64,000 nt of DNA. It comes from Syntrophorhabdaceae bacterium (GTDB lineage Bacteria > Desulfobacterota > Syntrophorhabdia > Syntrophorhabdales > Syntrophorhabdaceae). Below, one piece after another: positions 1 through 9,127 of the stretch. The stretch covers positions 4,896,001 to 4,960,000 of the forward strand of contig OY762209.1 of the NCBI GenBank assembly GCA_963665295.1, in the 5' to 3' direction. The number at the start of each line of letters is the position of its first letter. Position 1 is the stretch's first letter. Position numbers and translations under genes: made by a program. Below the pieces are notes generated by a model. That model was given only the letters and a program-made list of their open reading frames with translations. It did no database searches and was not told where the DNA came from.

Positions 1-421
1 CCCGGACGATGAACGGGTTGGAGGTGTCGATGGGATAACTATGCGTCTCCCCCTTTAGTTCCGGACCCGTCACCTGAAGGTCATACGCCAGACTTTGAAG
101 CGCGCAGTCCCCTCCCTTCTCGCAGGTCAGGCAATCGAGAGGGTGACATGACAGGAGCAGTTTTACGACAAAGCGGCGGGCATCCTGAACCCGCTCGGTG
201 TCGGTTCTTACGTTCATCCCTTCTAAAACCGGGGACGAACACGCAGCCATCAGGCCTCGTGCGCCGTCGACCTCTACCATGCACACACGGCAGGCCCCGG
301 TAGGGGTCAGCTCCGGCATATCGCAAAGGGTCGGGATGTGAATCCCGTGTGCCCTTGCAACCTGAAGTATCGTTTGGCCCTCATTGGCCTCGCACCGTGT
401 CCCGTTAATCGTGACGTTCAT
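1..421 (-). CDS. 5' part of an Fe-S oxidoreductase with a NuoG-type N-terminus (formate dehydrogenase alpha / [FeFe]-hydrogenase / NADH dehydrogenase G family); runs off the window edge
   Basis: Manual translation, not in the ORF track: MNVTINGTRCEANEGQTILQVARAHGIHIPTLC...GACRVCMVEV...LMAACS (2Fe-2S) then HPLDCLTCEKGGDCALQ (His/Cys-ligated 4Fe-4S). AGGAGG RBS upstream of ATG 421. Confidence 0.9.
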   Translation of the reverse strand, partial: MNVTINGTRCEANEGQTILQVARAHGIHIPTLCDMPELTPTGACRVCMVEVDGARGLMAACSSPVLEGMNVRTDTERVQDARRFVVKLLLSCHPLDCLTCEKGGDCALQSLAYDLQVTGPELKGETHSYPIDTSNPFIVR

Positions 422-440
422 TCGCAATCCTCCTTTGCTT

Positions 441-686
441 TCAGCAAGATATTTCTACTACATACAAGAAAAGGGCTCCTTTGATCGTCATAATCGGCCG
501 GGGCGTGAATACTGCCGACCCTTGCGTCGCGCCGATCACCACATCTTCGGACCTGCTGTCTTTCGAGCTTCTACTGATCTGAGAGAGAAGGATGTCCCGG
601 CAGCCCCTTCCCAAGGTCGGTTGGAGCGCGTCATCGGACTTGATGCCAAGTCCCGAACCCGGGCACATTTGCGCGTAATCTGACAT
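441..686 (-). pseudogene. Degenerate N-terminal remnant resembling double-cubane-cluster / 2-hydroxyacyl-CoA dehydratase family proteins
   Basis: Strong AGGAGG RBS. The pattern MSDYxQMxxxxGLxxKxxDALxxxLGxGxxDIxLSQxxR matches the family N-terminus as I recall it. Only 81 aa and diverges afterwards. Confidence 0.45.
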
Positions 687-1427
687 GAGACCTCCTGTGA
701 AACTAAAGAATCCGGCCGCACATCTTCTGCGCCGGGTTCCCAGGAGGCTATTACGGTGGGTCAGGGCGGAGAAATTGCGGACACGGCCGTCAGGCGAGAC
801 CCTACGGGTCCCCTGTGCGTTTCTCAGACCAACGAAACGAATACCGATATTTTTTGCCGCATGATTTCCTATCCTCGTTTTTGTTTACTATGTGTCAATA
901 TACTTGCATTCATTATAGTGATTAGTCAAATATATTTTTGATATAATACCGGGCATAGGGCGAAGAAGTCTGTGTGCTTCAGCCGAAAAAGCAAATTGCC
1001 ATACCTTCTGAATTTTCTTATATAACTTTAAGGGTACCGGGGCACTACCACAGCGCGTAATGGTGAGTCCAAGGACCCGAAGACCGTCCTTTAGCGGGCC
1101 TTGCTCTTCGTGATTCGCCTGTCCATGAAAGTTGGTGAATTTTCCCGTTGGGACTATATAATGTTTACCGCCGGCGACCGTTGTTCTTTTCGCGAAACTA
1201 ATTGGAGCGGGGGTGAATAGGCGGCGGCACGTTCCAGAGGCACCATGAAGCAGCCAAAAGGTTCACCGACGCTGTATTCAGGAAAGTAAAAGAGGACTTC
1301 CCCATCAGGGCTGCACTGAAATCATCGAGCGCCCTGACCCCGTCTGCTGCAAGCGCGCCCAGGTGGCCATGACAAACGTCAGGGGCCCGGGCGATACAGT
1401 CAAGGGGCAGGTTTCACGGTAAGATTG

Positions 1428-2111
1428 TTATCTTCTTCCTTCACTATAGTGCGTTGCCGTCTGCTGCTTGCATACCCCGAAAGACGATTCCTCGCACCTC
1501 TCTCCATCGTACCAGGTAACACCTGAAAGATTGGTCCCCGATATGTTTATACCGGTAAGGTCCGCACCCGTGAGGTTGGTACCCGAAAGGTTCGCGCCGG
1601 AGAGGTCGGCGCCCGAAAGGTTCGCCCCGCGAAGGCTCACATGGTACAAGACCGCGCCGTTCATGTTTGCCCCTGAGAGGTCCGCGCCGCGCAGGATTGT
1701 ATCGGATGCCTTCACCCGAACCAATTTCGCGTGGGTCAGGTTTGTACCGGAGAGGTCGGCATAGTCGAGGACCGCACCGGAGAGGTCCGCACCGGAGAGG
1801 TCCGTCTGCGAAAACCGGGCGCCGGAGAGGTTCGCGCCGGAGAGGTTCGCTCCCGTAAGGTCGGCATTCACCATATGCGAGCCCGCAAGGTTCGCGCCTG
1901 AAAGGTCGGCACTCGAGAGGTTCGCGCCGTAAAAGCGCGCCCGGGCCAGGTTTGTGCCGGAGAGGCCCGCGTTGGTCAAATCACAGCCGGGACATTTAAA
2001 CGTGGTCTTCAGTCTTTTGAGGTCAACCGGGTCGAAGGTATGCCCGGCAGGCACAAAAAAGAGCAACGCTGCTGCAACCATGGTAATATTGGCGATTAAG
2101 GATTTCTTCAC
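1428..2111 (-). CDS. Exported pentapeptide-repeat protein
   Basis: Signal-peptide-like N-terminus from GTG 2111, CPGCDL motif, many A(D/N)LSG/TNLSG repeats. Confidence 0.92.
   Translation of the reverse strand: MKKSLIANITMVAAALLFFVPAGHTFDPVDLKRLKTTFKCPGCDLTNAGLSGTNLARARFYGANLSSADLSGANLAGSHMVNADLTGANLSGANLSGARFSQTDLSGADLSGAVLDYADLSGTNLTHAKLVRVKASDTILRGADLSGANMNGAVLYHVSLRGANLSGADLSGANLSGTNLTGADLTGINISGTNLSGVTWYDGERCEESSFGVCKQQTATHYSEGRR
1515..1975. repeat. 15-bp-period coding repeat of the pentapeptide protein
   Basis: Recurring aggttcgcgccggag-like units corresponding to the A(N/D)LSG pentapeptides. Confidence 0.8.
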
Positions 2112-2450
2112 ACCTGCACCCTCCCGGTCTTTGCTACCGGTCAATATATTAGCAAATCTTGTGCCGCATAAACCTCTGTCCGTTCCGGAGGTTCCCCGAT
2201 ATACCACGCAAAAACGCCATCACAAGCCTTGGGGGAATATTCTTTGTGCCTCTCGCACCCCAATATGTTGTTTATCGGCAGCTTGGCGATAACCTTAATT
2301 ACTTCCCCCTCGTCCTCGCGCAATTGACGGTCCGGCAGCGCGGAATCCTACACAGCATATACGGCGTCGGTATCTTGACAGACAGCATAGAAAGAGAACA
2401 AAGAGGGGGCTCACGCCCCCCTGGTGGTCTTTCCGTTGTCATCGATGGGA

Positions 2451-2966
2451 TCAGTCCGTCATACCCGGGACCGCTCCTCCCGGTCCTTTGTGCGACCACC
2501 TGTCCGGAGGATACATGCCTCCTCCCATTCCAAAATGCATGGGTACGCGGTCAAGTTTCCGAATCTGTTCCGGGGTCAGGATCTTTCTCCACTGGATCTC
2601 CGTCTGAGCCCTTTTGTCGAACAGTCTCTCCCGGAGGGCATTTAATTCCCTCTGTTTCGCAAGCAGTGCCTCATCACCGGTCTTCGGGTCCGTAAAAAGG
2701 TGACCCATCTCAAGTCTCTTTCGGGCGAGATCATATCTCAGGTCCCGGGTCTCCATGAAATGACGGTTTTCCAAGTCGCTCATCTTTTCCTTCTGTTCCT
2801 TGGAGAGGTTAAGATAGGCCCCAAGCGCCGGATGGTGCCCCATATGGCCCTGGAAGCAAGGGGGGCCGGGGGGAGCAGCATCGCGCTGATCGGGCGCCGC
2901 CGCAAGGACTACCGTTACCAGACCGGTTAGGAACAACGCGAGAACGCCTAAGTACAGTTTTTTCAT
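2451..2966 (-). CDS. Spy/CpxP-family periplasmic chaperone
   Basis: Signal peptide MKKLYLGVLALFL, LNLSKEQ and ILTPEQ (LTxxQ) motifs, AGGAGG RBS. Confidence 0.88.
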   Translation of the reverse strand: MKKLYLGVLALFLTGLVTVVLAAAPDQRDAAPPGPPCFQGHMGHHPALGAYLNLSKEQKEKMSDLENRHFMETRDLRYDLARKRLEMGHLFTDPKTGDEALLAKQRELNALRERLFDKRAQTEIQWRKILTPEQIRKLDRVPMHFGMGGGMYPPDRWSHKGPGGAVPGMTD

Positions 2967-3050
2967 ACCATCCTCCTTAAGCAGTATTTGGTGGGTCTTC
3001 AATGCCGGGTCACTCCCGGAGCGCCGTCGTGAACGGCGCATGCCCCTAGA

Positions 3051-3173
3051 TCACATGGCCGTATAGACGATATAGGTGCATATTATGGCGGCAATAACGC
3101 AGGCCGCCGCAACGATCAGTATCTCGATATTCGGGCTGCTATCCTTTTCTTTATCTTCGATCTCAACCATCAT
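3051..3173 (-). CDS. Small single-TM membrane protein (40 aa)
   Basis: MMVEIEDKEKDSSPNIEILIVAAACVIAAIICTYIVYTAM; GGAG RBS; first ORF after the minus-strand ECF promoter. Confidence 0.5.
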   Translation of the reverse strand: MMVEIEDKEKDSSPNIEILIVAAACVIAAIICTYIVYTAM

Positions 3174-3322
3174 GGTCTCTCCCGGGGCCTCGTTCCCGGT
3201 TACGGGCTCCTTTCGGCATGGTCCGGCCCGTCTCCGCCACAGGGAACGCCGCCCCTTACGCCGGGTCCTTGCCATTGCCCCGTTATCTCTGAGGTTTGTG
3301 ATTTGGACCCTGTCTGATGATA

Positions 3323-3349
3323 GTCGAACCGTCCTCCGAAAAGGTTACA
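3323..3349 (-). promoter_or_regulatory. ECF-sigma promoter toward the small protein and spy
   Basis: TGTAACC-N16-CGAC on the minus strand. Confidence 0.75.
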
Positions 3350-3408
3350 CGAGGTGCGCGCCGGACCGGGGGACTCCTTTCTTTTCGCCGGGTCCGTGAC
3401 GCCGGTGC

Positions 3409-3435
3409 TGTAACCTTTTCACCCTACCCTCCGAC
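3409..3435 (+). promoter_or_regulatory. ECF-sigma autoregulatory promoter
   Basis: TGTAACC-N16-CGAC about 50 nt upstream of the sigma gene; same boxes and spacing as the divergent copy. Confidence 0.75.
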
Positions 3436-3486
3436 TGATCAATATGGATATTCTTACCGGACCCCGAGCGGAGCCGGAGCATATAT

Positions 3487-4134
3487 ATGTCAACACCGGT
3501 CATGTTGAGTTATAATATGGCGTTTAATGTGGAAGCTGATGCTCTCAATCCGAGCGACACGGATATTGTGCGTAATATCGTTGCCGGGGATGTGAATGCC
3601 TTTGAACGTTTGGTGGAAAGGTACCAGAATCTCGTGCTGGGTATAGTAACCAAACACGTGCCTTCCGATCAGATAGAAGATACCATGCAGGATGTGTTCC
3701 TGAGGGCCTACCGGTCTTTGCCCACTTTCAGGAATGCTGGAGGTTTCAAGTCATGGCTGTCCGTCATCGCCGTAAGGACATGCCATGACTTCTGGCGTGA
3801 ACACTATAAATCCCAGGAGCTCCCCATGAGTTCCCTCACCGGACAACATCAGGAGTGGCTCGAAGCGACCTTTGCGGAGCAGTCGGCCGGGTCGCCCTAC
3901 GAACCGAACCCCGGAGACCAGGCCCGGGAGGTCCTGGACTGGGCCATGGACTTGCTGTCGCCGGCGGAAAGAATGGTGCTTGAACTGGTCTATCTTGAAG
4001 GCCGTTCAGTGAAGGAGGCTGCCGAGCTTCTCGGCTTGACCAGCGCAAACGTGAAGGTAAGGTTATTTCGCTCCCGCAGAAAACTTCAGAAGTCCTTTGC
4101 GTCGATAAAGAAGGATAGGAGGAATGAGACATGA
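3487..4134 (+). CDS. ECF RNA polymerase sigma factor
   Basis: Region 2 (GDVNAFERLVERYQ...QDVFLRAY...FKSWL) and region 4 (LSPAERMVLEL...SVKEAAELLG...VKVRLFRSR). Confidence 0.95.
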   Translation: MSTPVMLSYNMAFNVEADALNPSDTDIVRNIVAGDVNAFERLVERYQNLVLGIVTKHVPSDQIEDTMQDVFLRAYRSLPTFRNAGGFKSWLSVIAVRTCHDFWREHYKSQELPMSSLTGQHQEWLEATFAEQSAGSPYEPNPGDQAREVLDWAMDLLSPAERMVLELVYLEGRSVKEAAELLGLTSANVKVRLFRSRRKLQKSFASIKKDRRNET

Positions 4135-4454
4135 AAACTCCCGGTAACGAGTTTGCAAAGCTCGAAGGCATGCTGAAACGGACATATCAGAGAAGAGAAC
4201 CCCCCGAGCTTGACCCGCGATGGCGAAGCAGGTTAATGACCCGAATCCGGGAGATCGGCCCTCTTGAGGAGAAGGTCCGGTTCCTGCCCTCCTTCGAAAA
4301 ACTCGTGTGGCGCCTCGCTCCTGTGACAGTGCCACTGGTGCTTATATTGGTCTTCTTTCTTCTCAAACTTGGCCTCTGTTCCGGTCCGGATGCGCTTCAT
4401 CAACTCGTGAACAGCGTTGAAGAGTGGACCCTGGCCCAACTCCTGGCTGTGTGA
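4131..4454 (+). CDS. Putative single-TM anti-sigma factor
   Basis: ATGA overlap with the ECF gene; one hydrophobic helix. Confidence 0.7.
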   Translation: MKTPGNEFAKLEGMLKRTYQRREPPELDPRWRSRLMTRIREIGPLEEKVRFLPSFEKLVWRLAPVTVPLVLILVFFLLKLGLCSGPDALHQLVNSVEEWTLAQLLAV

Positions 4455-4464
4455 GGGTGATGCA

Positions 4465-4875
4465 ATGAATGTATGGAAACTCGTAACAGGGGTAGTTCTC
4501 GTACTCCTTGTGGGCATCCTGGTCGGGTCCATAGGAACATGGTTCCTTATCAGGCACCCCCGGCCGCCCTGGCCCGGCGACCATAGAAGCAGAACAACGG
4601 AAGCGGTGGATCGACTTTCAAGGGAGCTTGATCTGACGAAGGATCAGCGGGCAGCCGTCGAAACGATCTTTACCCGCATGTCCTCAAGACTGCATGAACA
4701 TTTTCTTCAGCAAAGGCCGGAGATCGACAGAATCATCAACGACAGTTTTACGGAAATAAAGAAGGAACTGAGGGAGGACCAGAAAAAGAAACTCGATAAA
4801 GTACGGGAAAAATTCATGAAGCAGAGGGGAGGTCCACCCCCCGGCCCGCCTCCGGGGCCTGAACCGCCGCCCTGA
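4465..4875 (+). CDS. Membrane-anchored Spy/heavy-metal-sensor-like (LTxxQ) protein
   Basis: N-terminal TM, LDLTKDQR motif, helical, Pro-rich tail; third gene of the ECF operon. Confidence 0.75.
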   Translation: MNVWKLVTGVVLVLLVGILVGSIGTWFLIRHPRPPWPGDHRSRTTEAVDRLSRELDLTKDQRAAVETIFTRMSSRLHEHFLQQRPEIDRIINDSFTEIKKELREDQKKKLDKVREKFMKQRGGPPPGPPPGPEPPP

Positions 4876-4947
4876 CAGGGCCGCTCCGTCCATAGGTGCC
4901 CTTCTTTCCCGACTGCAGGTCCGGGTTACGGGGAGGCCTCTCGCCGG

Positions 4948-6522
4948 TTACTTCCATGGGGGCTTGAGCACGGGAAAATCGAATTCTATGAGAAACGGCT
5001 CGTCCCAGGTCACGTCGCGCCGGAGTATGGCTTCCAACCGGCCCAACGTCCTCGCCCTCTTCGCCTTGATGCCGAAAGACCTTGCAAGTTTCACAAAGTC
5101 GGGGTTAGTGAGGGCCATGGACCCTTTTATGCCGTACGACGAGTCCATGTAATCCTCAAGGACACCGTAACTGTTATTGTTGTACACGAGGACCACAACG
5201 GGGATACCATAGCGCTTTATCGTCGCAAGTTCCCCCGCGGTGGAGAGAAAACCGCCGTCCCCCGACACGCTGAGGCACGGCCGGTCGGGTCGTCCCAGTT
5301 TCGCGCCTATGGCAGCGGGAAATCCATAGAAGATGGGGGATATCCCCCTCGGCATGATAAACGACCTCTGGTGGATAACCGGAAAGTAATACTCTGCCCA
5401 ATATGCGATAAGGTTGGAGTCCCACACGGTTGTCGTCTCTTCGGGGATGCTCTCCCGGATCAGTTTTATAATCCGGAACCCGGGATATTTCTTTTCGAGG
5501 GCTTCCCTCTCCCTCTTCTCCGCCTCTTTCAACTCCTGGAGCCCCCATTCAAAACGACCGCCCTTAAGGACACCCCCGAGCTTCGGCAACAGGGCTGCCA
5601 TATCCCCTGCAAGGGCCACCTTCGCGGGGTAGTTCCGGCTGATCCACCTGTCGTCCGTATCCAGGTGGACGAGGTTCCTTATTTTCACGCCCCTTGCCTT
5701 CGCGTCCACTTCGCGGAGTCTCGTGCCGAGGGCAATGACCACGTCGGCGCGGTTCAGGATGTCCCTGGCAACCCCTTTTTGCATTACGTTGCCGAAGGCC
5801 CAGGCTCTGTCTTCGGACAGCACGCCCTTGCCCGCGGTGGTGGTGAGAAAAGGAATGCCCATCTCCTCGCATATGCCGTCGAGGACCAGCCTCAACTCTT
5901 CCCTCATCAGGGATTTGCCCCCTATGATGACAGGCCTCGCGACGCCCGACAGGGTTTCCTTCAGGCTGCCCGGGTCAAGATGCTCCTCGTGACCCGGGAG
6001 ATCCCCATCCGGCACAAAGGGCACATGTTTCTCAAGAAACCTGTAGGGGATAGAGATGACCACCGGGCCCCTCCTCTCCGTGACGGCGGTATGGTATGCC
6101 CGGTCGAGGAACGGGACAAGATCGTCCTTTCGGGAGACGACAAAAGTCCTTTTCGTAAACCGTGCGAACATCGATTCCGGCTCTTCGACCTCGTGGAGGA
6201 TCCCCTTGCCGATCTTTTCCCTGCCCGTGTCGATATGGACTACGAGGAGGGGCACATCATCCGAATGGGCCTCCATGCAGCCCGAGACAACATTGCCCAG
6301 GCCGGGGCCGGGAGTGACAATAAGAACACCCGCTTCCCCCGATGCCCGGGCATATCCGTCGGCCATAAAAGAAAGGCTCGATTCGTGTCGCCCATTGATA
6401 ATACGGATATTTTTGCTTGTGAAGCTTTCGTTCAAAGGAAGGCTGTGAATGCCCGGCAGATGAAATACATTTCTAATGCATTTTGTCTCAAAATAGTGTA
6501 ATATTGCGTCTTTACCGAGCAT
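4948..6522 (-). CDS. Thiamine-pyrophosphate-binding enzyme (acetolactate synthase / 2-oxoacid decarboxylase superfamily)
   Basis: RHE...MADGYARASG, TPGPG, GDGGF...VYNNNSYG TPP motif. Confidence 0.92.
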   Translation of the reverse strand: MLGKDAILHYFETKCIRNVFHLPGIHSLPLNESFTSKNIRIINGRHESSLSFMADGYARASGEAGVLIVTPGPGLGNVVSGCMEAHSDDVPLLVVHIDTGREKIGKGILHEVEEPESMFARFTKRTFVVSRKDDLVPFLDRAYHTAVTERRGPVVISIPYRFLEKHVPFVPDGDLPGHEEHLDPGSLKETLSGVARPVIIGGKSLMREELRLVLDGICEEMGIPFLTTTAGKGVLSEDRAWAFGNVMQKGVARDILNRADVVIALGTRLREVDAKARGVKIRNLVHLDTDDRWISRNYPAKVALAGDMAALLPKLGGVLKGGRFEWGLQELKEAEKREREALEKKYPGFRIIKLIRESIPEETTTVWDSNLIAYWAEYYFPVIHQRSFIMPRGISPIFYGFPAAIGAKLGRPDRPCLSVSGDGGFLSTAGELATIKRYGIPVVVLVYNNNSYGVLEDYMDSSYGIKGSMALTNPDFVKLARSFGIKAKRARTLGRLEAILRRDVTWDEPFLIEFDFPVLKPPWK

Positions 6523-6579
6523 TGTCCATACGAGTTCTGAGTTTAGCATAGTAGTACTAAAAGTTAAATAAAATTTTAC

Positions 6580-6618
6580 TTGACAATATTCCTGATTATT
6601 TTGTTTAATACTGTAAAC
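6580..6618 (+). promoter_or_regulatory. Sigma70-like promoter with overlapping palindrome (candidate operator)
   Basis: TTGACA 6580, TG-TTTAAT; GTTTA-N6-TAAAC 6603-6618 in an AT-rich divergent spacer. Confidence 0.45.
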
Positions 6619-6645
6619 TTCTTGTGAGTGTATATTGTTAGTGAT

Positions 6646-7197
6646 ATGAATATCGGCGGATCAAGTATAGGTGAAAGAATAAAGATGCTGCGGCAGGCAA
6701 AGTCACTGACGCAGGAGGAGCTTGCCTCGAGGGCGGGCCTCACAAAAGGGTTCATCTCGCAGATCGAGAGAAACCTCACATCTTTATCGGTTGAGAGTCT
6801 CATCGGTATTCTCGACGCCCTTGACGAGAAGCCGTCGACCTTTTTTGACGGTGCCTTTGACGAGCAGATCGTCTTTAAGCTGAAAGACCGGGTGGAGCTG
6901 GAAATGGATGATGTGAAGTCTTTCCAGATACTCGTTCCCGCGGCTCAGAACAGACTTATGGACCCTGCCCTTCTTGAAATGGACGCAGGAGAGAAGACAC
7001 CCGAAGAGGAACCCCACGAAGGGGAGGAATTCGGTCTTGTCCTCTCAGGCAGTATAGAGCTTGTACTCGGTGCAAAGATATACAAGCTGAAGAAAGGCGA
7101 GTGTTTTTATTTCAAGGCAACACGGAAACATTATATAGTGAACAGGCGGACGAACAAGGCGTTTGTTCTGTGGGTATCTTCGCCTCCTAATTTTTGA
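6646..7197 (+). CDS. XRE-HTH + cupin regulator (PuuR-like)
   Basis: IGERIKMLRQAKSLTQEELA...KGFISQIER HTH; cupin HEGEEFGLVLSG; adjacent to polyamine genes. Confidence 0.9.
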   Translation: MNIGGSSIGERIKMLRQAKSLTQEELASRAGLTKGFISQIERNLTSLSVESLIGILDALDEKPSTFFDGAFDEQIVFKLKDRVELEMDDVKSFQILVPAAQNRLMDPALLEMDAGEKTPEEEPHEGEEFGLVLSGSIELVLGAKIYKLKKGECFYFKATRKHYIVNRRTNKAFVLWVSSPPNF

Positions 7198-7549
7198 TGC
7201 CTTTCAGGCATAGAAACAGGACGGAGGACCATGGGGGATGAAACCGGGGAAAAGCCGGACACGCGTACGATGAGAGGCTGCAGAGACAGCGGCGGCGTCT
7301 TCGTACAGCGCGTCCTTTCACCTTCGTTTGATCCTCCCGTAACATGTGGCATGGTCCGTACGGCCCATGAAATTATAGATGCGGTGATAAGGTGAAAGGG
7401 CAGGTCTTTGAGATCTGCACATACCTGAGATAGAGGCTCGGTGCCAGGCCTGGCTCCATAGGGAGACAAAGTAGGCGCAACCGGATTTCTTATGTAAAGA
7501 AATCACCCACAAACCTGTTGGGTATTAAAGAGTTTGGGAGGTGGTCAAA

Positions 7550-8023
7550 GTGATTATTAAAACACCCACGACATTTTTTCTTGTGAGCGGCTCATCCGAG
7601 GGGTTCTCGCTGCTGAATGCATTTGACGGCGCACTCATGGCCTCGGGCGTCGGAGACACCAATCTGGTCAGAATGAGTAGCATTCTTCCCCCCGGCTGCG
7701 TGGAAGTCAAGCCGGCACCTGTTCCGATGCCTCAAGGGGCCCTCGTGCCGGTGGCCTACGCGTCACTTTACAGCGATGTTCCGGGAGAAATCATATCTTC
7801 CGCGGTGGCAATAGGCATACCGCAGGATAGAAGCTTGGCCGGCCTGATCATGGAGTATTCCGCGAAGGCCGAAGAAGAGATAGTAGTGCAGCAGGTCAAG
7901 AAGATGGTGGAAAAGGGCATGGAACAGAGAAAACGTCCGATCAAGGAAATCATGTCCATCTCCGCCACGTATAAAGTGGTCACCATAGGCGCAACCTTCG
8001 CCGGTGTAGTGCTGTGGGATTAG
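7550..8023 (+). CDS. pdaD: Pyruvoyl-dependent arginine decarboxylase
   Basis: LNAFDGAL..SGVGDTNLVRMSSILPP with the Ser-Ser self-cleavage site; GGAGGT RBS before GTG 7550. Confidence 0.9.
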   Translation: MIIKTPTTFFLVSGSSEGFSLLNAFDGALMASGVGDTNLVRMSSILPPGCVEVKPAPVPMPQGALVPVAYASLYSDVPGEIISSAVAIGIPQDRSLAGLIMEYSAKAEEEIVVQQVKKMVEKGMEQRKRPIKEIMSISATYKVVTIGATFAGVVLWD

Positions 8024-8179
8024 CTTCAAGTCCGGTGAAGGCATGGGGTTTATTGTGGCCGGACCTGTCCCCGCGGTCGGAAAAGAGTCGAAACCGGAAG
8101 TCGAAGGAATCCACATCCACGTCAGGAATGCCCGCGCTCTGCAATTCTTTTTGACCTCAATCCAGGGAGTTCTTTTTTC

Positions 8180-9007
8180 ATGAAAGGTGTATTCAACAGC
8201 AATTACATGGGGTCCTTGGAGGATGAGGGACAGGCGGGCATCATCATGGTCGGTTTCCCCCTCGATGCCACATCTTCTTTCCGGGGAGGGACCAAGTTCG
8301 CTCCGGAAAGCATAAGAAAGGCGTCATGGACCCTCGAAACATATAGTCCCTACCTCAAACAGGACCTCGATGAAATAGCTTTTCACGATGCAGGAAACGC
8401 AGAGCTTCGTCCCGGTAGTCTGGAATATTCACTGGCCCTCATAGAGAGCACGGTAACAGGAATAGTGCAGGGGAGCAAGAAACCTCTGTCTTTGGGCGGC
8501 GAGCATCTTGTGACTTACCCCATCCTGAAGGCGATAAAGAAACGGTTCGAGAACGTACAGATTGTGCACTTCGATGCCCACTGCGACTTGAGGGACGAAT
8601 ATGAGGGGCAAGAGCTCTCCCATGCGACGGTCATGAAGCGTGTGAAGGAACTGGGAGGGTCGGCAATTTTTCAGATAGGGATACGGTCGGGGACAAAACA
8701 GGAGTTCGAGGAGCTTCTTCCCATCGATTCACCTTCGCAGCTCGCAACTCGCCTCAACCGGAATATGCCTGTGTACATCACCTTCGATATGGACGTCCTT
8801 GACCCATCCCTCGTTTCCGGGGTGACGACCCCCGAGCCCGGAGGCCTCACATTCAGGGAAGTTATGGAATATTTTGCGGTGTTTCAGGGGATGAACATCG
8901 TTGGTGCGGATATAGTAGAACTGGCTCCCGATTACGATACGACTTTCGTTTCTTCCGTCTCGGCCTCAAAGGTCGTGAGGGAGATCCTCATGCTCTTGCA
9001 TTCCTAG
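8180..9007 (+). CDS. speB: Agmatinase
   Basis: GGEH, HFDAHCD, SHAT, DMDVLDP, TPEPGG ureohydrolase motifs. Confidence 0.93.
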   Translation: MKGVFNSNYMGSLEDEGQAGIIMVGFPLDATSSFRGGTKFAPESIRKASWTLETYSPYLKQDLDEIAFHDAGNAELRPGSLEYSLALIESTVTGIVQGSKKPLSLGGEHLVTYPILKAIKKRFENVQIVHFDAHCDLRDEYEGQELSHATVMKRVKELGGSAIFQIGIRSGTKQEFEELLPIDSPSQLATRLNRNMPVYITFDMDVLDPSLVSGVTTPEPGGLTFREVMEYFAVFQGMNIVGADIVELAPDYDTTFVSSVSASKVVREILMLLHS

Positions 9008-9127
9008 GGAGAGACGTTGCATCGGCCGGGACAGGCCCCTCTTAAATCAGGGACACCGACCGGCGGCGTCCATGGTCCGCGATATCAGGAATAAAGCAGG
9101 TACAACCAGCCGGGTAGGAGAACATTT

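Noticed and set aside
1..420. Possible group II intron or ncRNA at the left edge
   Set aside because: The region translates cleanly as an Fe-S protein on the minus strand.
824..862. 12-aa minus-strand ORF MRQKISVFVSLV as an attenuator leader
   Set aside because: Weak RBS, no clear terminator/antiterminator pair, and the downstream genes are not amino-acid biosynthetic.
950..1427. Riboswitch or small gene in the long intergenic region
   Set aside because: No recognisable Moco, SAM, c-di-GMP or cobalamin consensus and no convincing ORF.
1515..1975. CRISPR-like or tandem DNA array
   Set aside because: The 15-bp periodicity is explained by pentapeptide coding; no spacers or cas genes.
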